Below are positions 1 through 12,538 of a DNA stretch of 64,000 bases, one piece after another. Source of the stretch: Penicillus capitatus (taxonomy: Eukaryota > Plantae > Chlorophyta); NCBI GenBank assembly GCA_965649825.1, contig OZ287695.1:1601288-1665287 (forward strand). The letters are read 5' to 3'. A program made the translations under genes and the position numbers. Numbering within the stretch: position 1 is the stretch's first letter; each line of letters begins with the position of its first letter. Under the pieces are notes generated by a model. It was not told where the DNA came from and searched no databases. It saw only the letters and a list, made by a program, of their open reading frames with translations.

Positions 1-565
1 GACACCGTGTTGCGTTGTGCTTCTGAAGAAGCTTCATGAAAGCGTTGATGATTTCATCATTGAGCCATTCGCCCTTATCCAGCAAACGAATATCGCAGGC
101 CTTCAGCATGAGAACCTCCATGGGCAGTCCCATTCGAGCATCGCGCATTGTCTGATCATATGATGTGACATCTTCAGATGTGACCGTCACCACTAAGCCT
201 CCCTCCGTCCTTACTGATGACTCGGATAGATCTGATGGGAGGTCATCCGCGACGGGCGAGTCAACACGGAGGCGTCCGAGTTGCGCATCTACAATGGATG
301 TTAGGAATGTTTCGGATCGACGTGGATGCGCTTAACTGAGATCGTCAATGGTGTCTTTATGGAATCTCCCTTCGCGCGTCTCGTCTTTCATAGCGTCCAC
401 TCCGTCTGCAGCGCTGACTTCGCCCGAGTCACGTTGTAAAGCGGATTCCACATGTACATCCGTATTCTGCAACGCCATTATGGCAGACGAACGGTACGCG
501 GAACGCCGCTCGCGGTCGTATAGGATGATGGACGATGTCTCGTCCATCCACTTCAAGGTGGGCAT
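1..565 (-). CDS. Ulp1/SENP-like SUMO/NEDD8 protease (peptidase C48), 5' part; runs off the window start
   Basis: Manual minus-strand translation of 1-300 gives DIRLLDKGEWLNDEIINAFMKLL, the start of the C48 catalytic domain. It joins ORF 332..643 through a ~48-nt intron (GTTAAG..TTGTAG). Start at ATG 565 is inferred. Confidence 0.72.
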
Positions 566-649
566 ATTGATCGATCGATTTAACGACTTCGCGTTATTTT
601 TGATCACTGTTGAAACGCTCTGCTTCGTCCTTTTTTGTGCCAACGAGTG

Positions 650-1585
650 ATGATTCGATACGTCCTGCAGAAGAGCTCATGCATCCGTCTCTTGAGTACA
701 CCTCTTGTCGAATCTCTGGCATCTCACTCTTCCATGACACCGACTTTTGAGAAGCCGCAGATTCCTTCCCCGCTGTTCGCGCGTTCCTCGACTCCCTTTC
801 ATTGGGTGCTGCGTACGTCGACGACTCAAGCAAACGTGAGCTATGCAGAGTCGAGAGATTCTGACTCGGACTCGGACTCTTCATCGGACGATGATACAAT
901 CAGGGGTCGTCGCCGCGAAGGAGTCGAATTACTGCGCTCTCTTAATGCCTATAACTTTCGCGAGCATCTCAAAAGTCTCAGTCAGAGCAGGAGTTTTATT
1001 CGTTATGACGATATGGTGACTCTTGCGCAGCAGAAAGGAGCAGCAGGGACTCGAGCTGAAAGCATGGAACTCTGTAATACACTCATCTCAGCTGGAGTGG
1101 TATTCCGTTTTCGAGATGTCGTGTACCTCGGTACAGACGAAGTGGCAGAGACCATTCTGGCCTCATTGCCCGATACGAAAATGGAATCGAAGAAACGCAT
1201 GGAGGAGCTAAAAGCTGAGCTGAAGTCACTCGAGGCGCAGAAAAAAGACTACGATGCACATCTCGATCAATACAGAACGCGAATGTCGGTTGGTTTACTT
1301 GCTCTGCTGGTGCTCCATTTTGGTGGGTTTGTCCGATTGACTTACTGGGAGTTATCATGGGATGTCATGGAGCCCATCGCGTATTTCACAACTCTGGCTT
1401 ACGGTATCGCTTTTCTGGGATACTTCGTCTACACAAAAGAGATTTTTGAGATTCCAAAAGCCTCTTCCAAAGCGGCGGCGTATCTGACACGCAAACACCA
1501 CTATGATTACGATAAAGAAAGATATTCCCAACTTTTGAAAGAATTCCAACGTTTTCAGAAACGTGGTATGCGATTTCGACTTTAA
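650..1585 (+). CDS. MCU: Mitochondrial calcium uniporter (MCU family), single exon
   Basis: Two TM helices flank the selectivity motif SWDVMEPIAYF, preceded by a coiled coil. First ATG at 650. Confidence 0.92.
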   Translation: MIRYVLQKSSCIRLLSTPLVESLASHSSMTPTFEKPQIPSPLFARSSTPFHWVLRTSTTQANVSYAESRDSDSDSDSSSDDDTIRGRRREGVELLRSLNAYNFREHLKSLSQSRSFIRYDDMVTLAQQKGAAGTRAESMELCNTLISAGVVFRFRDVVYLGTDEVAETILASLPDTKMESKKRMEELKAELKSLEAQKKDYDAHLDQYRTRMSVGLLALLVLHFGGFVRLTYWELSWDVMEPIAYFTTLAYGIAFLGYFVYTKEIFEIPKASSKAAAYLTRKHHYDYDKERYSQLLKEFQRFQKRGMRFRL

Positions 1586-1614
1586 CAAGAGGCAGAAAGA
1601 AATCTGGTCTAACA

Positions 1615-2757
1615 TCAGACGAACGGATCCTCGTGCATCGGCTGAAGATTTCTGGCACGAGTAAACAAGGAGAAGGGACAGTTGCTTTTATTTTTGGACG
1701 TGACAACGCAACTGGTAATTCGCCTCTGCTTTTTATATTCTTGGTCTTGCTCCCAAGTTACTTTGACACCATTCTTGTCTAGTAACCTATGTCATAAATC
1801 GACAATGTTCATCTTAGGAACCGATAACGTTCGTACTTTACACATGTTGTCCAACTGAAACGCACATCTGATAAGAATCCAAAGACGGGATCCATTTCCG
1901 TTTGTAACCAATGAGTTGTATGAGGATCCGATGGATACCCTGATCCTATGTTTACATCCCCATACCTCTTCTGAATGACATTGATGTCTCTATCACGCAA
2001 GACCTAGTACTATACAATTCATTCGCTGTTGTTGATCTAAGTATTGAACAAACCTTTGCCATGATGCTCGCCAAGCTGACGATCGGAAAATGCACATCTG
2101 CTTTTGCTCGCACCGTAAAATGCAGATCCGGAAAGACAGCTTCGAGTCGCTTGGCATGCGTTGCTGCGGGTCCAACAGTGTCCACATAAATCTGACGCAC
2201 ATTGTATTTGAATCGCAGTCTCTACGATAAACACGCGCGAAAGAACATGATCAATGACAAAGCCACGTTTCCGGATGGCTTTCAAGATCTTGATCGTCGA
2301 TTCCAAGGCGATAAGATTGAGACTGACAGGCTTCCTATATAATCTCCCTCCTGTTGGGTAACTCCTTTACGGAGTAGCACTTTTCGAGCATCTTATATGA
2401 TATGACACTGGGAGGAATCGCATTTGCACAGTATCCAATTTCAAGTGTCTCCTGGACCTTCTGAAAGTGTTCTTCGCGCCGTTGCGCCGTCAGCGATTTC
2501 GAATCTGCCACCCCACTGAGCGAGCCCACAGTTCAACACACTCGCCTGTAGATCTTCGCGATCTCACCTCTCTTCGAGTTGTTTCAGAAACGCGACAGGA
2601 CAGTAGGCCGCAGCGTAGACCATGGGCCCCACAACCGGTCCTCTGCCCGCCTCGTCTGCAACGGATCCGCAAGGAGGACAAAAGACAAGGCGGCGGTCTT
2701 ACCGATACCCACCATCCATGGACCCGAAATGCCGCTGCCCGCTTCTTTGCACTGCAT
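1615..2757 (-). CDS. RNASEH2A: Ribonuclease H2 subunit A, multi-exon
   Basis: Spliced motifs MVGI|[47 protein letters not shown] and GSGYPSDP. Confidence 0.92.
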
Positions 2758-2827
2758 CGCGGTATCGTTTCTGTCGCGGATGTGTAGATGGGACGCATTG
2801 CGCGACGTCCTTCCGTCATCTCACCAC

Positions 2828-4496
2828 ATGTCGGTCATAACAGGCGGAGGTCCGGCGCCTTCTTCACTCCTCTCTGACGCAAGTGGTTTGACACGCAGAT
2901 GATGTCAACGCGATCGTCGTGGACTGTGGCTCGGGCAGCACCCGAGTCGGCTATTCGGGAGAAGATATGCCCAAATGCATCTTTCCTTCGGTGACCCTAC
3001 TTTCCTCTCTCCGTCTCAATCGATCTCTTTATGTTCAGTTGGTTGGCCGCACGATTCAGTCGGATGGAATGGAAGTCGATGAAGCAGCGGCATCGAGATT
3101 TGTGGGTCAGGCTCAACTCGGTTATCGCCGAGACGACGTCGAAATTCAGTGGCCGTTCACTTCCGATGGTCTCTATCGTGACTGGGAGGCATTGGCAGAT
3201 CTTTGGTCGCATTCCTTTCGAAATCAGCTGAAACTCAATTTGGAAGAACATCCCCTTCTCTTCTGCGAACCGAGTCGATTGACAGAGAGTCTGAGAGAGA
3301 AGCTCGTGGAAACGATCTTTGAAAGCTATGCCACACCGGCTGTGTTCCTGGCCAAGCACTCCGTTCTCTCTTCTTTTGCTTCTGGCCGACAGACATCCCT
3401 TGTCGTGGACTGCGGATATGCCGGATCGACAGGTGACTTGCAGCAGAAAGGATGATATAGATGTATGGATGTTCGCGCAGTGTCTGCTGTCTATGATGGT
3501 TACCTGCTGAAGAGGAGTCTGCGGTGGACGCCGGTCGGTGGACGTTTGCTGACCGAATGCATGCGAAAGAGCATCGACCCAGATGGGACAGTATTGAGAC
3601 CTCGATACGAAATCAAGAGAACGCATCTTGGACAAGGAAACTTCAGTGTAGACCGCTCTCTCCACAGACGTCTTACAGCATAGGCCGACTGTGACCTATA
3701 GAGTACGATCATGGAGTTTCCGAAGACCCATGCAAGTTATCGCGCTTTCTGTGTGGATGCCATCGCGGCAGATGTGAAAGAAGGAATCTGTCGAGTCTCG
3801 GATCTGGCTTTCTCGGATGGAGATAACTCCAATATGCCAACCGTCGGCTATGAGGTCCATCGCATATTCGTGCATCACTCTTGCCGATTACTCTTCTGGC
3901 AGTTGCCAGATGGAAATGAGATCCATGTGGGTCCTGCCCGTTTCAAAGTTCCAGAGATTCTCTTCAATCCAGTCCGTACATGTTCCAATCGTCATCCCTT
4001 TGCCACTGCAATCTGTGCCTTAGGACGTACTGAAGAGCTTTGAGAATGTCTCTCCCGTTTTTCCAGAACCTCAGTCGTTGCCTTCTCTGATCATCGACGG
4101 CATTCAGAGTTGCGATATCGACATTCGACGCGAACTCTTTAGCGGGATCATTCTCACAGGTCCCCTCCGTAACTTCTCATCCCTCTGCTTGTCTCTGAAG
4201 ACCATGGATGGCACAGGAGGGACATCTATGTTCTCGCAGATGCGCGATCGACTGGAGAAAGAGCTGATGGATATCACGACTCAGGCGGTAAAGATCAAAG
4301 TCGTGACTCCTGCAAACACGAGTGAACGAAAATTCAATGTCTGGATCGGTAAGGTCGATTCGGGAAGAGCAGTTGGCGAGAATTGCTGACAGGCGGGTCG
4401 ATTCTTTCGTCCCTTGGGACATTTCAGCAGATGTGGATGTCGAGGATGGAATACGAAGAGCACGGCGCTAGTCTGATACATCGCCGTGCTCCCTGA
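2828..4496 (+). CDS. ARP4: Actin-related protein 4 (nuclear ARP), multi-exon
   Basis: [31 protein letters not shown] at the N-terminus, EHPLLFCEP, and C-terminal [22 protein letters not shown] typical of plant ARP4. Confidence 0.86.
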
Positions 4497-4567
4497 AAAC
4501 AAATATCATTGTATGGATGCGCTCGATTTACTGTAACGGAATCGCGCGTCAAGTGGCCATCCGCGAG

Positions 4568-5376
4568 ATGTCGTCAAAGAAACGCAGAGCGGTCGATCGT
4601 GGCGAAGCGACCTCGCAGAAAAGACCAGCCACCGAATCTGCCAACAGCCTTTCGCAGACGCAGTTGTCCAGCGGCGTTCCTCGCTGGAAAACAAAAAGGA
4701 ACTGCCTCATCTACAGGTATACCTGCCGTAGTATTTGTGTTGGAATGTGTGCGTCGAAATCAGGAGAAGTGGCGATCGAGGGCAGCTCGCCAAAGTGGCA
4801 GCCTTTGACTTGGATGGCACGCTTGTACACACAAAGGGCAGATCGCCCTTTCCTCGAGATGCCGATGATTGGCGCCTCTTCCATCCTAACGTCATCACAG
4901 AGCTACAGCGTTTGCGTGAAGATGGATACAGACTTGTGATCTTCAGCAACCAAGGCGGCATTCGATCCAAGCTCGATGGTCCTCTCGCCACTCGAATCAA
5001 GAAGAGGATCGACCAAATCCTCAAGGAAGTGCGTGGCGTCTCTGGACCGGCATCTCGTAGGGAATGAGATGGGTTAGGTCAATCTCCCGATCGATGTCTT
5101 CTTGGCTACCGAGAAGGACGCCATGCGCAAACCAGAGATTGGAATGTGGGAGACCTTTCTCGAGATGGCGAAGAAAGACAGTGATGATGCGGTGGCATTC
5201 GACAAGCAGAAGAGTTTCTACGTGGGCGACGCTGCAGGAAGACAAGGAGATTTCAGTGACAGCGACAAGTATATGTGCCCCACTCGTGCAGCGTCCTCGC
5301 CAACTTGCTGCCGCCTAGAGTGTTCGCTGCGAATATCGGATTGCCATTCATGACACCGGAAGACGTGTTCATGTGA
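4568..5376 (+). CDS. Polynucleotide 3'-phosphatase (PNKP/ZDP/Tpp1-type HAD phosphatase domain)
   Basis: AAFDLDGTLV (HAD motif I), VIFSNQGG, RKPEIGMW and FYVGDAAGR across 4 exons. No kinase domain seen. Confidence 0.85.
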
Positions 5377-5636
5377 GGCATCTTCGCCAATTCTCACTCC
5401 CTTGCCCATCTCGTCTGCAGAGACGGCCAAGCGAAGGACACGGTCATGTCAAGAGAGCAGCCGCCTGCAGAGAGTGAGATAGTGCATCCGGGACCCCTCG
5501 AAGATCCATCGACCGGCTGAGGGGTGTCTGCATCGTGTCATGATCGTTTGACAGCGACCTGCTTAGAGATCTCGTGCCACGCCATCTGCTGTCTTACTGA
5601 TCTGTCGCGTACATTATTCGTCGGTGCTTCGCACAA

Positions 5637-6611
5637 ATGGCTTCCTTTCGTTCTCTTAAGATCAGGAACAGTCTCGGTTGTCCGAAACCATCACGTCCTA
5701 TCCTCGATCGTCCGGGTCGAAACATCGCCTCCCAAAAACGGCACCAACTGACGGACTGTTTCGCACGACGACGAGTGCCTTCGGTGTGTCCAGCCATCAG
5801 CCAAGACGACCTTGCGAACGCCGAGTCACGTTGGAACGCCCAGGTCTGGAACCCCACACACTCCTTCGCTACGTCTGATGCACGCGCGTCCGCAGATTCG
5901 GGAGGGCAAAGTGCGCAACACAACACCCAAGGGCGCTGCAAACCTGATCAACGTTCTTCTTGAGAATCCATCGCTCGGCGGGGAGAATCAATCGCTGTTC
6001 GTTGTAGGAAGGTTGGACAGTGCTCGATGTTCGACCTCCATCTGAGATCAAGATCGCCTCCATCCAGAATGCCGTCGAAGTGCCGTTGTTTCTCCCCGAC
6101 GAAAAACTCAACCCTGGCAGTCTGCTGAAACAAATGTCTGCCTTTGGTATGGGTGGATGGTGGTTGGGCGGTACCCATATGGAAGCCAACAAGAATTTCT
6201 TGCCGGATGTTCAACAGAAGATCCCCAAAGATGCCAAACTCATTGTCACCTGCCAAAAGGGATTGCGTTCCCTCGCTGCATGCGAGCAGCTATCGCGGGC
6301 GGGGTATCAGACACTGGCATGGATCAATGGAGGACTCGATACGGCGAAGCCGGGCGAAATACCGAGTGTCGATGACAAGGATCTGAGATTGGCTGGAATC
6401 GGCGGCGTGTCTGCTATGTTGGGATGGACAGAACTGCAGCAAGAGGGAAAGAAAGATGTTAGCGACAATCTCCAGAACATCTTCAAAGCGGTATGTCGAC
6501 AATCGATGCCTTCTCTTCTATAAGCAATCCAAAACGCAGGTGGCTGTTATCGTGCTTCTGGACATTTTGGTGTTTGGCTATGAGCAAATTCAGTACATGA
6601 CGAGTCAGTAA
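5637..6611 (+). CDS. Rhodanese-like domain protein, probably chloroplastic (STR11-like)
   Basis: VLDVRP, VTCQKGLRSLAACEQL, WINGGL, an N-terminal transit-peptide-like sequence and a C-terminal hydrophobic exon. Confidence 0.82.
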
Positions 6612-6864
6612 CCACTCTTTTCTGAATTTTGTGTCGATCGGCAAATGGATGTGTTTGGTTGTGTTTTTGTGCGACGAGCCCTTTTCTGCTTGCTCTGTCT
6701 CGGTTGTATCCGAACTGCGAAACGTTTGTGGACGAAAACATGGTGTCCTATGTGAGAGCATCACATGCCTCAATAACGGTCGCTTCACAATTCACAACCG
6801 TCAAACAGAAATGCAGTCATTGCAAATCAATGACAAATGAAGACATCGATGGCTACTCGGAAAT

Positions 6865-7657
6865 CTACGTCACCGATTCTTTGGCCATGATCCAAATCTC
6901 GTTGTGTCTTCCCCACAGACGGAATGGCGAATCATAGCCGCTTGCATAGTAGTGTTCGGTCACGATACTAATGCCTTTGTTCTTCAGCGTCTCGACGAGT
7001 GTGGCGGCACGACGAATCACATCTCTTTCGTTCATGTACCCGCCGAAAGACGCCACATAGACTGTCATCTCTGGCGTCTCTTCAATAAAGACGTCTTCTG
7101 TTGATGGCTTCGGAGTTTTCTCCTGTGTGAACATATCCGTCACATCAATCCAATCGCAAGAGTGACATGCCGAGTAGTCGAAGGGCACAAAGAAGGAGAC
7201 CGTGAACTTGGTGGCGCAGAAGGGCCCATCGCCCGCGGTGATGTAGGAACGCACTGGACATGTCATCGGAACCTTCTTGCCATCCTCATTTGCGCCACTG
7301 ATGTAATCGAACAGCTTCTGCGCAGACAGATCGTATGGAACATGGATTTGGAAAAAGCGGAATCTTACGCGGAAGCCGATATTCTGAGCCTTGACGAAAT
7401 GGACGTCGTCAATCGTGGTCGAAACCCATTTGGCTAACACCCACAACGATGACGTTGAGATCGACATGGATAAAGGAGAACACACATGCAGCGTATTTTC
7501 GCACTTCATACTCCGAAGTTTTCTCAACGACTGTGTAGATCGGACAGTCGAGGCCATGGCAGAACGATGGTTTGCGAAACGTCGTTTCTTCTGCTGTTGC
7601 CATGCGTAATGCGAGAAAGCTCGCCGCGAAGGCAGAAAGGCAAAGGAAACGCTGCAT
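6865..7657 (-). CDS. SOUL/heme-binding family protein with signal peptide
   Basis: CHGLDCPIYTVV, YEVRKY, LFDYISGANE, PMTCPV and GYDSPFRLWGRHNEIWI. Confidence 0.9.
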
Positions 7658-7757
7658 GGTGAATAGGAAACATTGCGTCGTGGTGAGCGGCGTTTTATGC
7701 GCCGGCCTCGTCACGATTGCGTTGGATGACGTAACCCGCTCGCTACGCCGCATCGAG

Positions 7758-9489
7758 ATGAAGCGAGTGGTTTGTTCGACTGAAGGCCGCGCGCCGCGTT
7801 TGCCAGCACGGAGAGGACGACAGAATCGGCAGAGTGGTCGGACGGTTTCCAGAGAAAGGCAGCTCGCTTGGGAAGATACGCAAGACAATACGTCTGTCGC
7901 TGAGGGTCGACGATTGAATCGCGGCAGAAGACAGGAGCTTGGGTATGTGCAGCAACCCAGGCTGTAAGAAACGAAACAGGATCGCCACTCAACTGATATC
8001 TTTACGTCACAGGCCATCTATAACTTACAGTGATGTCTGCAACGGCGTGGCATGGTATAAGATCTTGGTGAAATCTGACCATCGGCGTATGTGGCAAGAG
8101 TGTGAGGAACATGGTTTAGGTGTCTAAGAGCAAAGAAGAAGTTGTGGCTGAGGAATTGGCAGAAGAGATAAAGGAATAGCCGCCGATAGCAGAATCTGAA
8201 TATCTGCGAGAAGAGCGTTATTTTTCGGCGTGGATTCCGAGGAAACGCGCGACCTTTATCACTGAGAAGTAATCTGCCACGTATCCGTATGACAGATTTC
8301 TGCAAGTTGTGATGCGTAGGAATAAGAGAGGTGTAAGGCGAATGACAAAGTATGGTGTGCTGAAAGGGGAGATCTTGTTCGTGGCATGCCATATGGATGC
8401 TAAGATCTATCCACTTATAAGAAGACACCGCTACGTGCAGGGTTTTGTCCATAGACATCCCCTAAAGGTAAGATAGCAGATAGAACGATCCTTTCTATCT
8501 GAGTCTTCCTTCGTGCCAGAAATCTATTCCTTTGCCCTGTCCAGCTACAGAGCTGCATGATGTTTTTGACTGGCTTTGGAACGATGAGAAGATCAAAGCA
8601 GGAGAAGAACCAACCATGCCACGGTTGCCACCTATCAGAGGCGGCAAGAACGAGAAGGACATTATTTTCGAAGTGGACAGCGTGCCATGCGTACGAGATA
8701 GGATGTGGGGACAGGAGACGGAATTCGATACAGATGGTGAAGTTCCATCCGAGTATGGGCCAGGATGGAAACAGAGGCAGAACCGCTTTTTCCGAAGACA
8801 ACGAGCGGATGATCGACAGGCAAGAGGCAGGAGAGAAGACAGAACAGACAAGTATATGTGCTCAAATCAGATGCAGATCGATCTGTGTCTTTGCAGTCGT
8901 GTTACAAGAGGCAGATGGAGAGGCAGAAACTTTGTGGCAGAGAGACAACGGTACTCAGTCCTCTTGAGTTTCGCAGAAAGAAGGTTTTCTGTCTGCCAGG
9001 CAGATCGTGAGGGATGACTACAAAGTGACGAAATGGTACGATGGCAGTGCCGATGCAGACATGACATTGGACGTGAAAGAGAATCAGTTCGAAGTAAATC
9101 ACCCGTCGCAATGTCTACACACACTTGATCCAAATACATGAGCATCCAGACGTCTTACAAATCGAGTGATGTGGATACGGATTCCTCAAGGGATCGAGCT
9201 AAAGAAAAGAAGGGAAAGGGAGCCCCTGAAGATGTCATGTTTTCTGAGGCGGATTCTGAAAATGTCGCTCCGGTACGGCAGGCAGAGTGTATATGGGTGG
9301 ATCCCTGACACAGAAGATTGCGTTCCGTAGGAGGTGGGCCGGGAAGTGCTCGTGCTCTCTGGACCTTATGCAGAGCTCAAAGGGACAATCCGTCAAATGC
9401 AGAACCGTCGTGCCATTGTGAAGGTGGACGTGCTTGGCAAATCGACAGACGCTTTCTTTGCCTTCGACGAGATTCGAGTGTTGGAGTGA
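7758..9489 (+). CDS. NusG/KOW-domain protein (PTAC13-like, organelle-targeted), multi-exon
   Basis: Last exon EVGREVLVLSGPYAELKGTIRQMQNRRAIVKVDVLGKSTDAFFAFDEI is a NusG-type KOW. Upstream exons include NGN-like WYKILVKS and VQGFVH. Internal exon structure is uncertain. Confidence 0.55.
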
Positions 9490-10470
9490 GAATGGATATA
9501 TGAGACATGGACTTGATTACAAACTAAGCAGCTGGTTTTTAATTACAAGAGCAGAATGCAGACCTTCGTTTTCATGACTGTGGTGCTCCCTTGACCAACT
9601 CCATCTTGTAAAAACCCAATATTGATCTAAATCATCTTTCCAGTCCAAACGGACATGGAATGCGTCGTGCACTCATTTCGTTGATATTGCTATTATAATA
9701 GAAATTCGCATGACGCCAAAATTGTCATTGACTCGGAACAAAACAGCACGGCAAGAGTGATTAGCCACATCAACCATTCTTCTAGACATGAAACATATTC
9801 AGTTTCTTCTCTGAAAATCCAAAAGCAAAGAGCAAGGAAATGCATGAGCCAGTGAAACGGCGAGGATGTTCAGAAGGATTGGCGACGCAAAATTCGAAGA
9901 AGAGGGACCTTTAGACAATAATGTACCATCTGACACCCCGTCGACCGAAGTAATGAAACTAGCAAGTAAAGGGGACGGGAGATACCACCGTTAGTGACAA
10001 CCAATACCCCTTGAACTACCGTCAAAAATAGGAAGTGTGTGATTCAAATGTCAATAGCCGGCTCACTTACAGGAATCCCGGAAGAATAAGTGTTTTTTGT
10101 TGCTGTCGTGTCAAAGATCTTTGCGAACGCGTTGTCTGCCCCACCAGACATGCCTACGCACTCCTCATTCGTTTCACAGAATCAGGAGCGCTTCCTGAAG
10201 GACTCTACCAAGGAAACATAGATCGAAATCCCAGCACTTGTGCAATGACCCCACTCAAAACCAACTTGTGCACGAACAGTTGAGAGTTTGATCGGTAGAC
10301 TTGACCAGCCCTGTACACCACCCGATGGCTACGAAATAACTGGTAAGGTTTTCTGGCTGATATGGCAGCTCTCGGATCATCGAGTCCAATGAACAACAAA
10401 TCAACGAGAAGGGATATATAGAAAGGAGCGCATCGATAATCATTCCCTCTTCCACAGAAACTGGAACCGC

Positions 10471-11320
10471 TTAATAATGACTATGAGAATGACTGGACTT
10501 CATTCTTGCGCTCCCTTTAATCTGTTCCTTTACTTGACGGCGACAAATAGGACAGTCACCCCGTGTACGCAGCCATCTAAACAGACAAGCGACCAACGAA
10601 TGTAACGTCAGCTTCCCATTGGTCAATAGATGAATGGGCAGATCTCACCGTACGAGACATTTTGAGTGGTATACATGTTTGCAGCTTGGCAGTATCATGA
10701 TCTTGTCTCCCTTTGTATAGTCTTGCAGGCAAATGGGACAGGATACTTGATCACTGCGTGGCTCATGAGTCGGATTGCCACAGTCAAATAGTTCTGTATC
10801 GAATTCGATCGTTTTCAGCACTTTGACTTCGTCCCTTGTAATAGCTGGAGGCGTTGGATGACCACCAAACAACTCATACAGCTCATCATATGAAAGGGTG
10901 TCAACAATCGTCTCCATTTGACGGTAGACGTACATCAGTTGCCAAGGGACAGAGCCTAGGCACCACCACCATACAGTCTTAGGTCAGTCCACAAGGCATG
11001 CAAACAGCACCATTGGTTTCTGTTATTCGACGAGCAATTGTGTGAACGCGCGCTTGCCATCGTGATGTCAGTAAAAGACGGGGATTGCCGATGGCGACAT
11101 CGAGCAGCTGTTGCAAATCTCGGCAATGCAAATTCTATCAAAGCCCTCAGGTCATCATTTCTCTTAAGCAGTGTGAGAGACGGACCAAATCTATGGTTAT
11201 GGGATCGGAATGGTCTTCATGGCTAGAAGTCCGTCTGCGATTTCGTCGCCGAACACGACGACGACGTATAACTACACACCAGTAAACACGGTTCACAGTT
11301 GGCAGACAACAGGTACGCAT
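10471..11320 (-). CDS. RING-H2 zinc-finger protein (probable E3 ligase)
   Basis: CPIC-x14-PSCKHVYHSKC|LVRWLRTRGDCPICR is reconstructed across an intron. Start is uncertain. Confidence 0.8.
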
Positions 11321-11526
11321 GTCTAGGAAGAAAAGACAAGACGATGTCAAACGAGGCGCTCGCATTAATGATATCGCGCAGTCGTTTTGTTGTGGACTGT
11401 GAATACTACCGGCTCCGGCAGTGAGACAGGCGCCAACAATCAATTGCGGCAACATTGTTGGAAAATTGCCCCCTCGTCTTCGACGCGCTAAAATGACGCA
11501 CAAGGCGCAAAAATGGAGTTTGCTTA

Positions 11527-12538
11527 ATGCAGCGAGATCCCGCGTATGATGTATTTGAAGAAGCGACGGTCAGCAGTGGCATCGATCACCTGCCATCACA
11601 GTAGAATGTGAGCTTAGGGGACCGACGGTTTTCTCACCATCGCGGGATTCGGTTCACTCTTATCTGGTGAGATGTCCATCGACGGAGCGTAGGCGGGATG
11701 TGTGATGTCTAGAGCTTAGTGCCAGGTCTACCTTCCCAGAGCTTCGAAATTTCCGCGTTGGAAAGGTACAGTTGTCTCGTTGCGGAGTAGTGGGGACCTC
11801 AAGAAGGGTGCATTATCTAGATATTTGGTTATCGACGGGTTTTCGCACACTGTGCACCGATCTTCTTTGAGAGAGGCATTGCCAAACCCGAAACAGTATC
11901 CCACACGCTTTTACACAATCTCACGCATTTGAAGACACTCATCTGTAGGCGGAGATTTCGAGTGTCGGCGTCGAACCGACAAGTGACCAAAGGGAATTAA
12001 TCGTCACGCTATTCGATATTCAGAGCACATCCACATCAGCAGATGTTGTCATCTCCGAGAACTTCTAGGCTCCCTGACTGCTCGCTGTCTCTTGCAGGCA
12101 CTGATCGAACGCGAACACGAATTCCTATTTACTGCCGTTTGGCCGTATACCATGGATGGTGGTCGTGAACCTGGCAAGGCCGTCATTTGTTGTCGATGGA
12201 ACGATGAAGACTATCGCCGAACACGTTGTCCTCCAGATGTCTTTCAGCAAAAGTTCGGTAGACATGGAATTGAGAAAGTGTACAGGTCAGACAACTTGAG
12301 ATCTGATACATACCTGAATGACACTTTAAGTAGGGATGACATACTTCCATGTAGAGTGTACCTTCGACACTGCTACCTGGCTGCAAAAAACCTGATATCT
12401 CCCGTTGCTTTGGACAACTTTTTGGACAACTCCTTTCTGGGAGACCGAGAGACGACAATTCGGGAGTACCTAAACCGGCATCCAGAGATCTTGACGACCG
12501 AGCCTCCCGCAAGTGTGGCCCCTCGTTACTCCGGCTAG
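11527..12538 (+). CDS. Conserved green-lineage protein with a gamma-glutamylcyclotransferase-like N-terminal motif
   Basis: Spliced exons AGFGSLLS|ELSARSTFPELRNFR|IFGYRRVFAH..FFERGIA and C-terminal ILPCRVYLRHCYLAAKNL..FLDNSFLGDRETTIREYL. Confidence 0.6.

Noticed and set aside
285-340. In-frame TAA between ORF 332..643 and the Ulp1 domain, suggesting TAA/TAG = Gln as in some ulvophytes
   Set aside because: A ~48-nt GT-AG intron with a CTAAC branch site removes it in frame. Both Argonautes end at TAA at the expected C-terminus, and the 675-aa and 918-aa ORFs contain no internal TAA or TAG.
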